From NCBI GenBank assembly GCA_030248215.1, contig JASANG010002092.1:620001-646401 (forward strand): a DNA stretch of 26,401 bases. Reading direction: 5' to 3'. The translations under genes were made by a program, and so were the position numbers. The notes beneath the pieces are model-generated. The model ran no database searches. It saw only the letters and a list, made by a program, of their open reading frames with translations, and was not told the DNA's origin. This DNA comes from Enoplolaimus lenunculus. Lineage: Eukaryota. Of the stretch, positions 1 through 10,653 are shown in pieces (within the stretch, counting starts at the first letter, position 1; each line of letters begins with the position of its first letter).

Positions 1-480
1 GTTTTGGAGGTTTGTAAACATTAATTTCTTCAAATTCCTTGCACCCAAAAACCCTTTAGTGCTGAAATTATATTGCTTTTAACCTTAATAATTAGTGAAA
101 TATTGTGAAAAGTCCTAATTTAGGCTTATAAACTATGCTAATATGCAAATTATCTATTGGCTAACTGCTCAATTATCGGTTTTGGAGGTTTGTAAGTTGT
201 CTACGCAGATTCCTCGCACCCAAAAACCCTTTAATGCTAAAATTAGATTGCTTCTAACTGTAATAATTTAGTGAAATATTGTGGAAAGTCCTAATTTAGG
301 CTTCATTAATTATGTAAATTAACCCCAACGCGAGGTTAACCCCCAGCATAATTGGCTTTCAAACAAAAAAGAAGTTTATCAAAATTGGTTCAGCCGTTCC
401 TGAGATTCTTTTCGGACGGACAGACGGACTAACGGACATCCACCTTTCGACCCCCAAGTACAAAACATAAAACGTTTCGC
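1..480. repeat. Interspersed repeat with an internal 178-bp tandem duplication and a GACG/GACA microsatellite; possibly a non-autonomous Helitron/Helentron (DINE-1-like) element
   Basis: The unit starting 'gttttggaggtttgtaa...gcacccaaaaaccc...agtcctaatt(t)taggctt' occurs at 1 and again at 179. It is followed by 'aaaattggttcagccgttcctgaga...cggacggacagacggac' and the end motif 'ctttcgaccc...gtacaaaacataaaacg' (444-480). Family assignment is by resemblance only. Confidence 0.55.
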
Positions 481-2366
481 GATTTAATGTTTACATGATT
501 ACGCTCCACACCGTAAAAACTCCGGTTGTTGCGTTGTGCAATGCCGCAACAGGAATTCCGGTGGAACCCTGTTATCCAGGTAGGGATCGACGACAAGGAC
601 ATCGAATATTTGCGGTGTAATCCCGATTGTCATAAAATATCGTAATATAACGGGTTCGTGTTGAACTTATCTAGAGGTAGAAACCACAAAAAACAGTTGA
701 AAACATATCTAATAACTAAAGCTTAGAACATTCATTATTCTCAATTACTTAGTAAATTCTACTCATCGACTTGAAAAGACCATTTTAACTAGAAACAAAA
801 TACGCAAAAATAATATTACGCACCTAACATTGTTGAATGCGGCTGAAATTCTAATAACTATAAACTACAATATATACGTTCCAGTCATAGCTGGACTACA
901 CATCATATTGAATGAAGCTCAGACATATTAGAAAGTTATGAACGACATATTCCTGTTTATTACCCGAAGGACAAACCTCACAAAAGATTGTGTTACACAG
1001 TACAGCGAGGGAATGATTATGTACGTACGCAGTACGTATAATAAGCAGCCCCTGAAACGGTCAGAGAGACGGGGTACAATTGTCCAGTACCGTGCTTAGC
1101 GCCCACAGACAGCCAACCGGGGCACCTCATATCCAGGGGTCTATTACAATATTTTAATATAAGGATTTAAAGCAGAAAATAAGCCTGGGTTCTACTCTCT
1201 TTAAGACAGACAGTGTGACCTCCACGTCACTACGCGCAATGTTTCAAGGCCGACCCGTTACAGCCCGCACTACTCCTGCCGGTGTCACATTTGCTTAAAA
1301 AGGCATATATACAAAACGAAGCTGTCTTACAAAGAACCAGTTATTTTTTCGGTCAGCATGTCAAACAGGACAGCGCCGCCATTGTTGAAAAAATTTAACG
1401 ACTTGAGTGCGATTCTGGTTGAGCATTGCGTTATTCACGCTCATTTGGCCTCGTTCGTCAGTTTTGTTCCGCCTTATGTATTGTGCTCTCGCGTAAGTGC
1501 ACCAGATTTTTGATACGTTGCTGCACTGGTTGATACTTTACAAATTGATACGTTTCACAGCTGGTAATATCTCGGATAACCTAGCCCGGGCCGTGACGAA
1601 GGACTTAAAACTTGTGCGGCGGCAAAGCTTATTAACTTTGTGGGACCCTTTAATTGATTTGGAAGTCCTTACACATTAGGCACGGCAGTACGCATGTCAT
1701 GTATGAATCAGTTATACCACTGATTTGCGTTTAACGGAAACAGAAACTCCAATCATATGACGATTTCACTATTGTTGTTGGAACACAATAAATGAAATAA
1801 TGGCAACTTTATATTATACAGATTTAAAATTCATAGGGGTAATAAGCCGGATTAGTCTGCTATTGCAAACAAATCTGGTTGATTAGTACTGAAACGGTGT
1901 AAAATTGCCAATACTTCCGACACGTCATTACTCAGTAGCCTATAAATTTCTGTCTGAGATAGCTAAGTAAGTCATAAACCAGAAAAATTTCTGCAAGGCC
2001 AGATATTCAAGAAAAACGCATTGTAAAATGAATACCCGGAAATTTCACTCATTTTAAAAGCGACAGCCTCCAGGCAGTCTCAAAAAGTTAATACACTCAA
2101 ATGTTAAAGTTGCACAAGTAATACGTATGCTGATTAGCGAGTAGCTAATTTGTGTGTGGTAAATTTTGAGGGTCATGATTAGATTTTCCTTAGCCAAAAA
2201 ACCTTCGGCATATGTCGTTAAATGCTAAAAAGCTCATAGTTAATTTATATATTGTAGCCAACTAGTTTTAGCTACCGAATTTGTAAGCGTTATATATTTA
2301 AATTTCTCAAACACAGAAACCCTAAAGTCAACATCGCCCAATCGCTGATAATTTATATATTTTGGT

Positions 2367-2745
2367 TAAGCCCAAATTACGACTTTTTACTACTTTATTT
2401 CACTAATTATTACGGTTACAAGCAATCTAATTTCAGTACTAATTGAATTTTGAGGGCGAAGAATCTGAATATTTAAATTGTTTATAAACCAATTTGCAAA
2501 TTAGCTTAATGTTATAGTAAGTGACTTTCATAATATGCGTTTGAGCTTTATATATTAGCTTGCAAAGTTTAACTAGACTCCTTGAAAAAGCTGGTATAGC
2601 CGAGCTTCGCTCAAGACATTTAATTCCAATAAGACTGGTTTATTCAGATTCCTGGCACCCAAAACCCTCCCCTGGTACAGGGATGGACGGAAGGAAATCC
2701 AGCTTTCGACCCTTGAGTTACGTACAAAACATAAAACGCTTCACG
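2367..2745. repeat. Second, rearranged copy of the 1-480 repeat family
   Basis: 2367-2467 is a diverged reverse complement of ~207-303. 2645-2665 repeats 'cagattcct.gcacccaaaa'. 2703-2745 repeats the end motif 'ctttcgaccc...gtacaaaacataaaacg' in direct orientation. Confidence 0.65.
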
Positions 2746-3110
2746 TAACTCGGATTTTCGTTTAACCTCGCTAGCTTAACCATAGAATGATCATTTTTTC
2801 AAACAAAAACAACATAATATACATTACACTTTTACTATCAAACGCACTCTAATGTCAGGAATAAAAATTAAAAGCATTGCAACTCACTGGTTGCTAAGTG
2901 CGAAAACTATCGGCGAATAATCGGTAAATTTTAGCCTGAGCCGATGCCGTTAACACGAAAAGCGTCTATTATTACCAATACCGATCATTCGGCACATCTT
3001 AGAAGCTTGTATACGCACATTTTACAACGCAATCAACAAGTATGATTGTTTCTAGCGTGGCAACAAATCTTTGTTTCGGTGTCAGATTCAACAAAAGATA
3101 AATATTCCCC

Positions 3111-3314
3111 AGCTCCGAGCGAGAGGTCCGAGGTTCGATTCACGGCGTGGCCATATCTTTCGGAGATATTAAGAGAAATATCATGTATATTCACAGTACT
3201 TCGAGGAAAAAGGTCATCCCGACCGTGCAGTTCTGACAAAGAGGTTCCACAGACGGGCGCTGTAAATTGCAGGTTCATGGATTCGGAGAAGTTTGGATTC
3301 GCGGTCCGGCTAAA
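3111..3314 (+). mobile_element. tRNA-derived SINE-like repeat (3' half of tRNA head plus body), interrupted by the LINE; continues at 6875-6995
   Basis: 'gagaggtccgaggttcgattcacggcgtggcca' contains a B-box/T-arm (GGTTCGATTC) and ends in CCA. No clear A-box is visible. Body 3157-3238 is repeated in diverged form at 6914-6995. Confidence 0.5.
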
Positions 3315-4084
3315 CGACTCCACCATGGAACAGCTCAGTATTACGGTCACGTCCGGCAGATCCGAAATTGTTATAACTAATGTATACATCCCTCCTAGCA
3401 GTAGCTGCCCACCATCAAACATCTGTTGCATCATGACAGCAGCTTAATACTCGGGATGTGAACGCGCATAGTGACTTATGGTTCTCCAACATCAGTGCAG
3501 ATACTCGCGGCTATATCCTTGCAGAAGAAATAAACACGCTTCACAATTTGCGGTTATCAATGAGCAAGTTTCAACCCGTGTTACCTCCACCTGTGCTAGC
3601 TCGCCAGACGTATCGATTGCCAGCCCTTAGCTCATCGCCTGTACGCATTGGCGCGTCGTAACGGCCCTCTCATCTGACCACTTGCCCATCGTTCTATCAA
3701 TAACCAGGGCCCTCGAAACTACTCAATCCGACAACCGTACGTATATAAATTTCAACAAAGCTGATTGGGCAAACTACACCCTACAAACTAAAGTAGAGTT
3801 CAATCTAATTCCCGAAACAATGGATGCGAAAGCAGCCGAAGCCGTTTTCTGCAAGATCCTTGTTGACGCTCGTAAGCGAATCGTCCCCGCCGGGCGCATT
3901 CCTAAAATCCGCCCCAACTTCCCAGCTGCAGCAGCCCTGCTTGCAGACGAGCTTGATCAACTACGCCAGGCGAACCCTGCCAACCCTCGCATCTATCAGA
4001 TGAACGCAGCAATACGCCAACCGGTCGCGCAGCAAATGGAAAGAACACCTGGCACGGTGTGATCTACGCAGCGGTGTCCACAAG

Positions 4085-4865
4085 CTGGCTTCTCCACAGC
4101 GGGGGGCCCAGCACTTTTCGAAATTTTCATTTCCCCCCGGCGAAAATTTTGCCGCCCCCAGGAAAGGCCCCCCGGCGAATTTTCGGCCGCCCCCCAGCAA
4201 ATTTTTTTGCTGTGGGGCCCCCCAGGACTTTTCTAAGCCAAAAATTTTCCATGTTAAAACATAAAGACCTGGACTTTTTTTGAGGCGGACATTCGGCAAA
4301 ATATGATTTTATATTACGCTGAGTACTCATAATTTTTTTAATAGCGTTACAAATACCGGTAGTAACTAGTACAATTCAATAATGAACTGAAAAAAGCACA
4401 ATTATATAAAGACCGTTTCAGGGCATTCAGCATTCGAAAGTACCTTGCACCAACAAGTCCAACCGGCCTGAGCCTTATGATAAACTAAAGCTGTGACTAA
4501 TATATAAAATATATGTTAATCACAGTTTCAATTAAGATAATCAATATTTTATATAATTGTGCTTCTTTCAACTTCTGGTAAAGTTGTCAGTAATATTAGT
4601 TAAAATTATTGTTATTAGCGTTTGTGAGGAATTTTTGTCATGTTGAGCGATGAGTAATCTTCAGTTGAGTTGGAAACACGATCTAGAATAAAAAAATGGT
4701 CCAAAAAGTCGGTTGCAAAATTTTGAGCCTGCCCCCAGGACCCCCCAGATCATCTGGGGGCCCCCAGGAAAACTGCCCCCCAGCAAAATTAGCTGCCCCC
4801 CAGGAAACTCCTGGGGCCCCCAGGAAACGCCCCCGGCGGAAATTTTCAAGCTGTGGAGAAGCCAG
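4085..4865. mobile_element. Non-autonomous DNA transposon (781 bp) with perfect 16-bp TIRs and a 5-bp TSD, inserted in the LINE
   Basis: TIR ctggcttctccacagc (4085-4100) / gctgtggagaagccag (4850-4865). TSD acaag at 4080-4084 and 4866-4870. Excision restores the LINE peptide DLRSGVHKHWSTVKAL. C-rich subterminal repeats flank an AT-rich core. Confidence 0.93.
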
Positions 4866-6860
4866 ACAAGCACTGGTCAACGGTCAAAGCACTTTCTGGT
4901 CAACAGCAAGTCCGTGACAACGTAGCAATATCGTTCGGTAATCAATCTTCATCCGACCCCTTCAAATGTGCCAACAATTTTATCCGGCAATTCATTCAAC
5001 CAAGTACCTCCACCAATGTTGCACGCTCAACCATACGCCATCTACGCACGCTATCGATGGATGCACCCATGTTTACTGTCGACCAGGTCGCCAAAGTCGT
5101 CCATGATAAAAAGAATTCCAAGGCCCTAGGCCCTGACGGCATATGTTCGCTAATGCTTAAAAAACTTGGCCCCGCGGGTCGGTCATTTTTAACCATGTTT
5201 ATCAACCTTTCGATCCCATCGATGAAAATTCCCAGTGCATGGAAACTTGGTCGTATCATACCTATACCAAAACCTAGCAAGCCAGCGAGTGAAGGCAAGT
5301 CGTACCGTCCCATTACGCTCCTAAGCCCGGTTGTCAAAACAATCGAGGCCCTGCTCCTGCGACTCATCAATGCACACTTAAAACCCGTGCAACATCAGCA
5401 TGGTTTTCGTAAATGCCATTCCACCACCACGGCCCTGCACACCGTCAGCACCCAAGTAACGGATGGCCACAATCAAGCAAAGCCGGCTCATCGGACTGTT
5501 ATGGTTGTCCTTGATTTGTCAATGGCCTTCGACACTGTCTGCCATGGCCAACTTCTGCAAGATATCTTCGATTCAACGCTTCCTGACTTCGTCAAAAGAT
5601 GGCTCTTCAGCTACCTGCGTGGTCGGAGATCGTTCTGCGAGTTTCGCAACGCCAAGTCCAAGGGAAGGAAGGTCACTCAAGGTGTACCCAAGGAGGGATA
5701 CTGTCACCTGCGTTGTTCAACCATTACATCTCAAAGCTGCCTAACCCACCACCCGGCATTTCGATCGTAAGCTACGCTAATGATTGCACTGTACTGGCTA
5801 CTGGTCTCAAAATTCCCGAGCTCTGCCAAAAACTGAATACCTATCTCCAGCAACTGAATGACTTCCTCGAATCACGCAACCTACAGCTATCTGCAGAAAA
5901 ATCCACTGCAACGCTCTTTACTACGTCGTCAGCCGAGGTAAAGCAAGTGCTCAACATCTCCATCAATGGTCGTCGGATCCCTAGCGTGAACAGCCCGAAA
6001 ATACTTGGAGTAGTCTTCGATTCGATGCTAAGGTTCAAGGACCATGCGTCGCACATCCGACAGAAACTACAAGCACGCAACAATGTACTTAAATGCATAT
6101 CCGGCAGTACATGGGGTCAACACAAGGAGCTCCTGGTCACCACTTTCAAGGCAATCGGTCGTTCTGTTCTCAATTATGCAGCACCAATTTGGGCAACACA
6201 ATTAAAGGATAGCATAGCCACTGGTCCCGCTTGCAGGCATGTCAAAACGCAGCATTACGCGAAAGCACTGGGTGCCTGCTAATGTCAAACCAGGATCACA
6301 TCCACCAAGAATGTGAAGTACTTCCTGTGAAACAACACAACCTCATGCTATCACGACAATACCTGCTCAGCTGCTTCAAACCTGAACACCCCTGCCACAA
6401 CATCGTGACCCGAAATAAACCAGCACGCAACATTCGACTAGATGTCACATCTCTACAAGAAGACATCAAGGGCTTGATTCCTGTTGGAGTGACTCTAGAT
6501 GCGCAAGCCTACAGACGTGGTCTACAAGTTCTACATCGCACCGCAGTTGCAAACGCCGTGGCTGGATACAAACCGAACGTGATTTTCGGCGGCTATCCGC
6601 CCCCCATCAGCGTTACAGAAACAACACTCTCCAGAAACAGCAGATCAGTGCTCGCCCAGCTGCGATCAGGCTGGAGCCGAGTAACCAACCACTACCTAGC
6701 GCGAATCAACCCGGACATTCTGGATAGCTGCCCGGATTGCAACGAAACCCCTCATAATGTTCCCCACTTATTCAGATGTCCAGGAAGACCAACAACGCTG
6801 ACGGCGGTCGAGGTTGCTAATCACTTGGGCCTTGAGACGAACGATGATGAACGCCTCTGA
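4866..6860 (+). pseudogene. Frameshifted reverse transcriptase and C-terminal zinc-knuckle portion of the LINE ORF
   Basis: Split over ORFs 4853-5770, 5599-6282 and 6231-6860 by frameshifts near 5680 and 6220. The catalytic YADD reads YAND. Confidence 0.92.
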
Positions 6861-7288
6861 TGCTACAACAACAACCGCCTAAAGAAGGGGAAATTTGGGT
6901 ATACGTGGTGTAGCTTTCGGAGAAATTAAGAGGAAAATCATGTATATTCACAATACTTCGAGGAAAGGGGTGGTCCCGACCGTGCAGTTCTGACAGTGAT
7001 ACGTACTTTAAAGCAAGTGCCCATTCTCAAACCAGAATACCTAAAACTAGTAGGTCAACAAACAGAAAATACGGTGACCTGTAAACTTACATTTTTCAAC
7101 GCCAATCAATTCAATAGAACGAAATAAATGCTACGATACGCCCACGCTATCTTCCTCCAAGTTTCTCGAACTGAAACTGAGACACTACTATACGGCCTAG
7201 CGTCAACTAGCTAGCACATCAAGAGTATAACATTCCGAATATTTAATATGGTTTCTGCTTTTGGCACTTTTTACACAACAGGTTCATC

Positions 7289-7376
7289 GGCCCATGTAAG
7301 CGAAAAAAATTAGCCTTAAACTGACTCTATTATAGCCCCTCCGGAAAACGATCCGGCCCGGTTCTATACATGGGCC
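7289..7376 (+). mobile_element. GGCC-ended MITE, internally deleted copy
   Basis: Starts ggcccatgta and ends gttctatacatgggcc. Body 'cttaaactgactctattatagcccctccggaaaacgatccggccc' is shared with the copies at 10159 and 11096. Flanks ggttcatc / agaccatc match at 5 of 8. Confidence 0.8.
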
Positions 7377-7679
7377 AGACCATCAATACATATTTTATCT
7401 GCTATATTGTTTATTTGCCGTGGTTTCAGAAACTAAATTCAGCGTCCTCCGAGACTTTGTGGATCAACCGTTCTTAACATATGAAGGTCATAGTACAAAA
7501 AGAAAATGCAGTTATCGGATACGGCCATTTTCTCAAAGGCGATTCTTTTCTGCTTAAGGAAACCGATGATCCCATCAGATACTTTCCGTCATTAGATTAT
7601 TTTCGTCCTAAGATGACGCTCCCTCTTATAATTCTTTTTCCATAGCAGCATAAAACACCGGGCCCCATACACATAAGGT

Positions 7680-7820
7680 CTGTCCCAACTTCCAATAGTC
7701 CCAATATACAGGGTAATATCCCAATTTCTCAAAATCGCAATATCCCGTGTATTCGTATTTCCCAAAATAGCGATATCCCAGGTTCCAAAACAGCAATATC
7801 AATGTCCCAATTTTCCTCGT
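7680..7820. repeat. Degenerate short-period repeat of (a/g)tccc(aa) motifs
   Basis: Recurrent gtcccaa, tatcccaa, tatcccg, ttcccaa and tatccca motifs about 17-25 bp apart. Confidence 0.45.
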
Positions 7821-8108
7821 GAAATCCAAATACCCTGAGAAAATCAGAATCGTCTTGGGCTGAGGCTGTCCAGGATGCGGTATGTGCTTTAGTCTGTCTT
7901 AAGCCATGGCTATTCAGAAGTTTAGTTTAGGTTTTATGCTTAGGCTTTAGTCTAAAAGGCTATAGTTTTAGGTGTATAGGTTCAAGCGTAGTGACGGGTT
8001 TCATAGGCAGACGGAAGCAGGGGCTCAGCCCCTCTGTAGCCAAATTGCACTTTCGCTCGCTTAAAAACATTTTCATTAATTTCGTTTTCAGGGGCGCCGT
8101 CAGTTCCC

Positions 8109-8250
8109 GGCCCATATGCAAAGATCAGGGGCGGAGAGTTTTTCTGTGGGACTAGAATACAGTAAGCTTTAAACTTTTATTAGACTAATTTTTTGCTTCG
8201 CTTTAGGCTTAGGCTTAAGAATATGGTCATTCTTTTACACTACATTGGCC
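8109..8250 (-). mobile_element. GGCC-ended MITE with TTAGGC repeats (inverted copy)
   Basis: Ends ggcccatatg (8109) and tacattggcc (8241-8250). Internal 'ttagactaatttttt...tttaggcttaggcttaagaatatg' is the reverse complement of the family body. Flanks cagttccc / aggttctc match at 5 of 8. Confidence 0.75.
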
Positions 8251-8799
8251 AGGTTCTCAAACCACACACAAAGCAATTCATTGTTTGAGCAAAATTTTTG
8301 ACTTTGTTTTGTCTTTTTTGCGCGGGGGGCTTGGGAAACGGACCTCCAAACTGCTTTTAGGGTTCCTTAAAATTGCGGGGGTTCAGAAGGCGGCAGACAT
8401 GCTGAGAACCTAAATGTTAAAAAGTTGTCTATGTGGAGGACGGAAGGTTTTATCTCGGGAAGTTGTCTTTTATTATGTTCGCAAATGGGTTGTGCCCTCC
8501 AAACCCCCTGTCCCCACACACTAGGCAATATAAGTATATGTTAAGGCGTATTAAACATTATTTAAAGTATATGAGCTATGTAAAATAAAATTGCGGTTTA
8601 GTAAAAACGTACAATTTCACCACATCCGCAAATATTTCTATAACGGAAATGGTCATACATTTTTACAGGAAACATCATTTTAACTAAATTTCGGCTCGAA
8701 CCCTGGTTCACCACAGCCAAAATTTGCTCACCTCTGGCTCCGGTATTTTTCACCTCAGGCAGCACCTTGCTGTATTCTTTGATTAGGAAGGAGCAACCG

Positions 8800-9450
8800 T
8801 AAGCCTAGGTGTACTTTGAAAACTCAAAGGTTAAGCTTTGTTCTGGTTCCGTAGCTAAAATTTGAGTCCTTGCATGTGGTTGACGAATGCAAAAGTGGAG
8901 TCTACACAGACCAAAGGTTTTCCCGGTTTGGTATCTAAAATTTGAAGCCTGGAATTAGTTTGTAAAACGGGAACAGTGGGAAATCCTAATAATATAGTTT
9001 TTCCCTGGATTGGTGGGGAAATTTTTAAGTATAGCCTTTGTTTGAAAAACGGAAAACGTGTAAAATTTAAACGCCTAGGTATTCCCAGGTTTGGGCGGGA
9101 AAATAGGAAGTCTAAGTTTTGTTTAGAAAAGAAAAAACGATAAATTTAAGATACCCAGGTATGTTTCGGTTTGGTAACAAAATTACGGGCCTCGGTTTAT
9201 AGGCGAACAGGAAAAGTAGAAAATTCAAGTGTGGGTAACTCCTGCTTGTTTGGTGAGCAAAATTTGAAGCGTGTGTTGTTTGTGAAACGATAAAGGGGAA
9301 AATTCAAATGCATAAACACTGGAAACCTGAAAGTTGAATTTTTTAAAGCAGGAAAACTGGAAAATTAAACACCTAGGTTTACTAGGGAAATTCTGAACTG
9401 TATTGTTTTAAAAACGAGAAAAGTGGAAAATTTAATTGTTTGTATTTCTT
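8800..9450. repeat. Old degenerate ~80-bp tandem repeat (about 6-8 units)
   Basis: The anchor 'ggtttgg...aaaattt' recurs at 8845, 8925, 9007, 9088, 9168 and 9247, a spacing of 79-82 bp. Each is followed by a 'gtttg..aaaacg.aaaa..g.aaaatt'-like tract. Confidence 0.7.
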
Positions 9451-10050
9451 CCGTTTGCATTTCAAGGAAAACCTCCTTTCTTATCCTTTATCTCGTACTT
9501 CGGCCAATGTAAAGAACAGGGGCGAAACAGTATTAAAAGGATATTCCTAAACATAAGCCTAAGAATGAGCAAATAACAGTCCGTAAGCGGATAGAGTCCC
9601 TAAACCCAAATTAGTCCATAAATGTCAATTAACCCTAATTGTAGCGCATAAGTGACTCCAGAAACAAATAATTCGAGCTCGAAACTTTAAAGCGTACTTA
9701 AATTTTGAAAGTACATTCCTAAGTATAACCTTTTATTTATCGCTCCAACTATTGAAACAAGACAAATAAACGTTTAATTCAACGGATATTTGCAGTACCG
9801 GATATATATCAGTGACGAAGGGCGGTGGAGCGTAGTAAACTTCGAAACATTTCCATTACAGATATGCTGCAATTGTTCGCTAAATCCATTCAAAAGCTAC
9901 AAAAATTAATGCGTCATCTATTTTTTCTTCAAAATTTCTGATTGCCCTGTGAACGCTTGAACATTTTAATTGTATTGAAAGAAAAATAAAATACGTTTAA
10001 AACTTTTTATGATCGCTATTTATTTCCGTTATTTTCACTGTCCGTTTATA

Positions 10051-10653
10051 CTGTAATGACCCGAATAAAAGAGGGTAATAACAGGGTGTCCCTATTTTGA
10101 GTCCTAATTAATAAAAGTTCGTATCCCTAATAAGAGTCTGTAAGCGGATAGGGTTCCTGGCCCATGTATAGAACGGCCGGAACAGAAGTATAAGCATATT
10201 CCTAAGCCTAAGCCTATAAAGCCTAAGCCTAAACAAAAAAATTAGTCTAAAGCTTAAACTGACTCCAATATACCCCCTCCGGAAAACGATCCGGCCCTGT
10301 TCTAAACATGGGCCGAGTTTCTAATCACTAATTAGAGTTCATAAATGTCAGTTGTCTCTAATCGTAGTGCGTAAAATAACTCCAAGCCCAAATAAAGTTG
10401 AGTTTGCAACTTTAAAATATACTTAAGTTTTCAAAGTGTACTGTTAAGTAACCTTGCATTATCACTTAATCTTTTGATACAAGACAAATAAACGTTTAAT
10501 TCAACGGATATTTGCAGTACCGGATATATATCAGTGACGAAGGGCGGTGGAGCGTGGGTTAAAAATAAATAACAGTCCGTAATCGAATAACAAGGGGGTA
10601 CCCTCTGGAGAGGCCAAATAAATATCAACCCCCTCTTATTCGGGTCAATACAG
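10051..10653. mobile_element. TA-flanked TIR element (Tc1/mariner superfamily, Tc2/pogo-like MITE) nested in the 9502-10708 element
   Basis: Left ta|ctgtaatgacccgaataa; right ttattcgggtcaatacag|ta (17 of 18 complementary). Its interior (10130-10555) is also present at 9570-9833. Confidence 0.8.
10159..10314 (+). mobile_element. Full-length 156-bp GGCC-ended MITE carrying GCCTAA (TTAGGC) repeats
   Basis: TIR ggcccatgtatagaac / gttctaaacatgggcc. Internal cctaagcctaagcctataaagcctaagcctaa. Flanks gggttcct / gagtttct match at 6 of 8, and the paralogous empty site near 9594 reads gagtccct. Confidence 0.88.

Larger units (their letters stand above)
3315..6875 (+). mobile_element. 5'-truncated, degenerate non-LTR retrotransposon (I/Jockey-group-like; APE endonuclease + RT + CCHC; no RNase H seen)
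   Basis: Endonuclease motifs NVYIPP, NAHS and SDHLPI (3315-3700). RT motifs KALGPDGI, YRPITLLS, QHGFR, LDLSMAFDTV, GVP/QGGILSPALFN, YAND and KILGVVFD. C-terminal LAQLRSG and CPDC..H...HLFRC. Stop at 6858-6860, then tail 'tgctacaacaacaac'. Probable TSD ccggctaaa (3306-3314) / ccgcctaaa (6875-6883). Confidence 0.93.

Noticed and set aside
1088..1686. Possible TIR pair ccgtgcttag / ttaggcacgg
   Set aside because: Only about 8 matching bases and no TSD; too weak to call.
3033..3434. 133-aa minus-strand ORF (also antisense ORFs 4996-5370 and 5841-6098)
   Set aside because: Antisense shadows of LINE coding sequence, with no independent motifs.
3961..4925. Several G/P-rich ORFs
   Set aside because: Products of the C-rich subterminal repeats of the inserted MITE.
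3157..6995. Flanking ~80-bp direct repeats read as LTRs or a giant TSD
   Set aside because: No TG...CA ends, the enclosed element is a non-LTR type with its own short TSD, and the repeats do not abut the element ends.
8800..9450. CRISPR-like periodicity
   Set aside because: Whole units are homologous and degenerate, there is no conserved repeat with unique spacers, no cas genes, and the context is eukaryotic.
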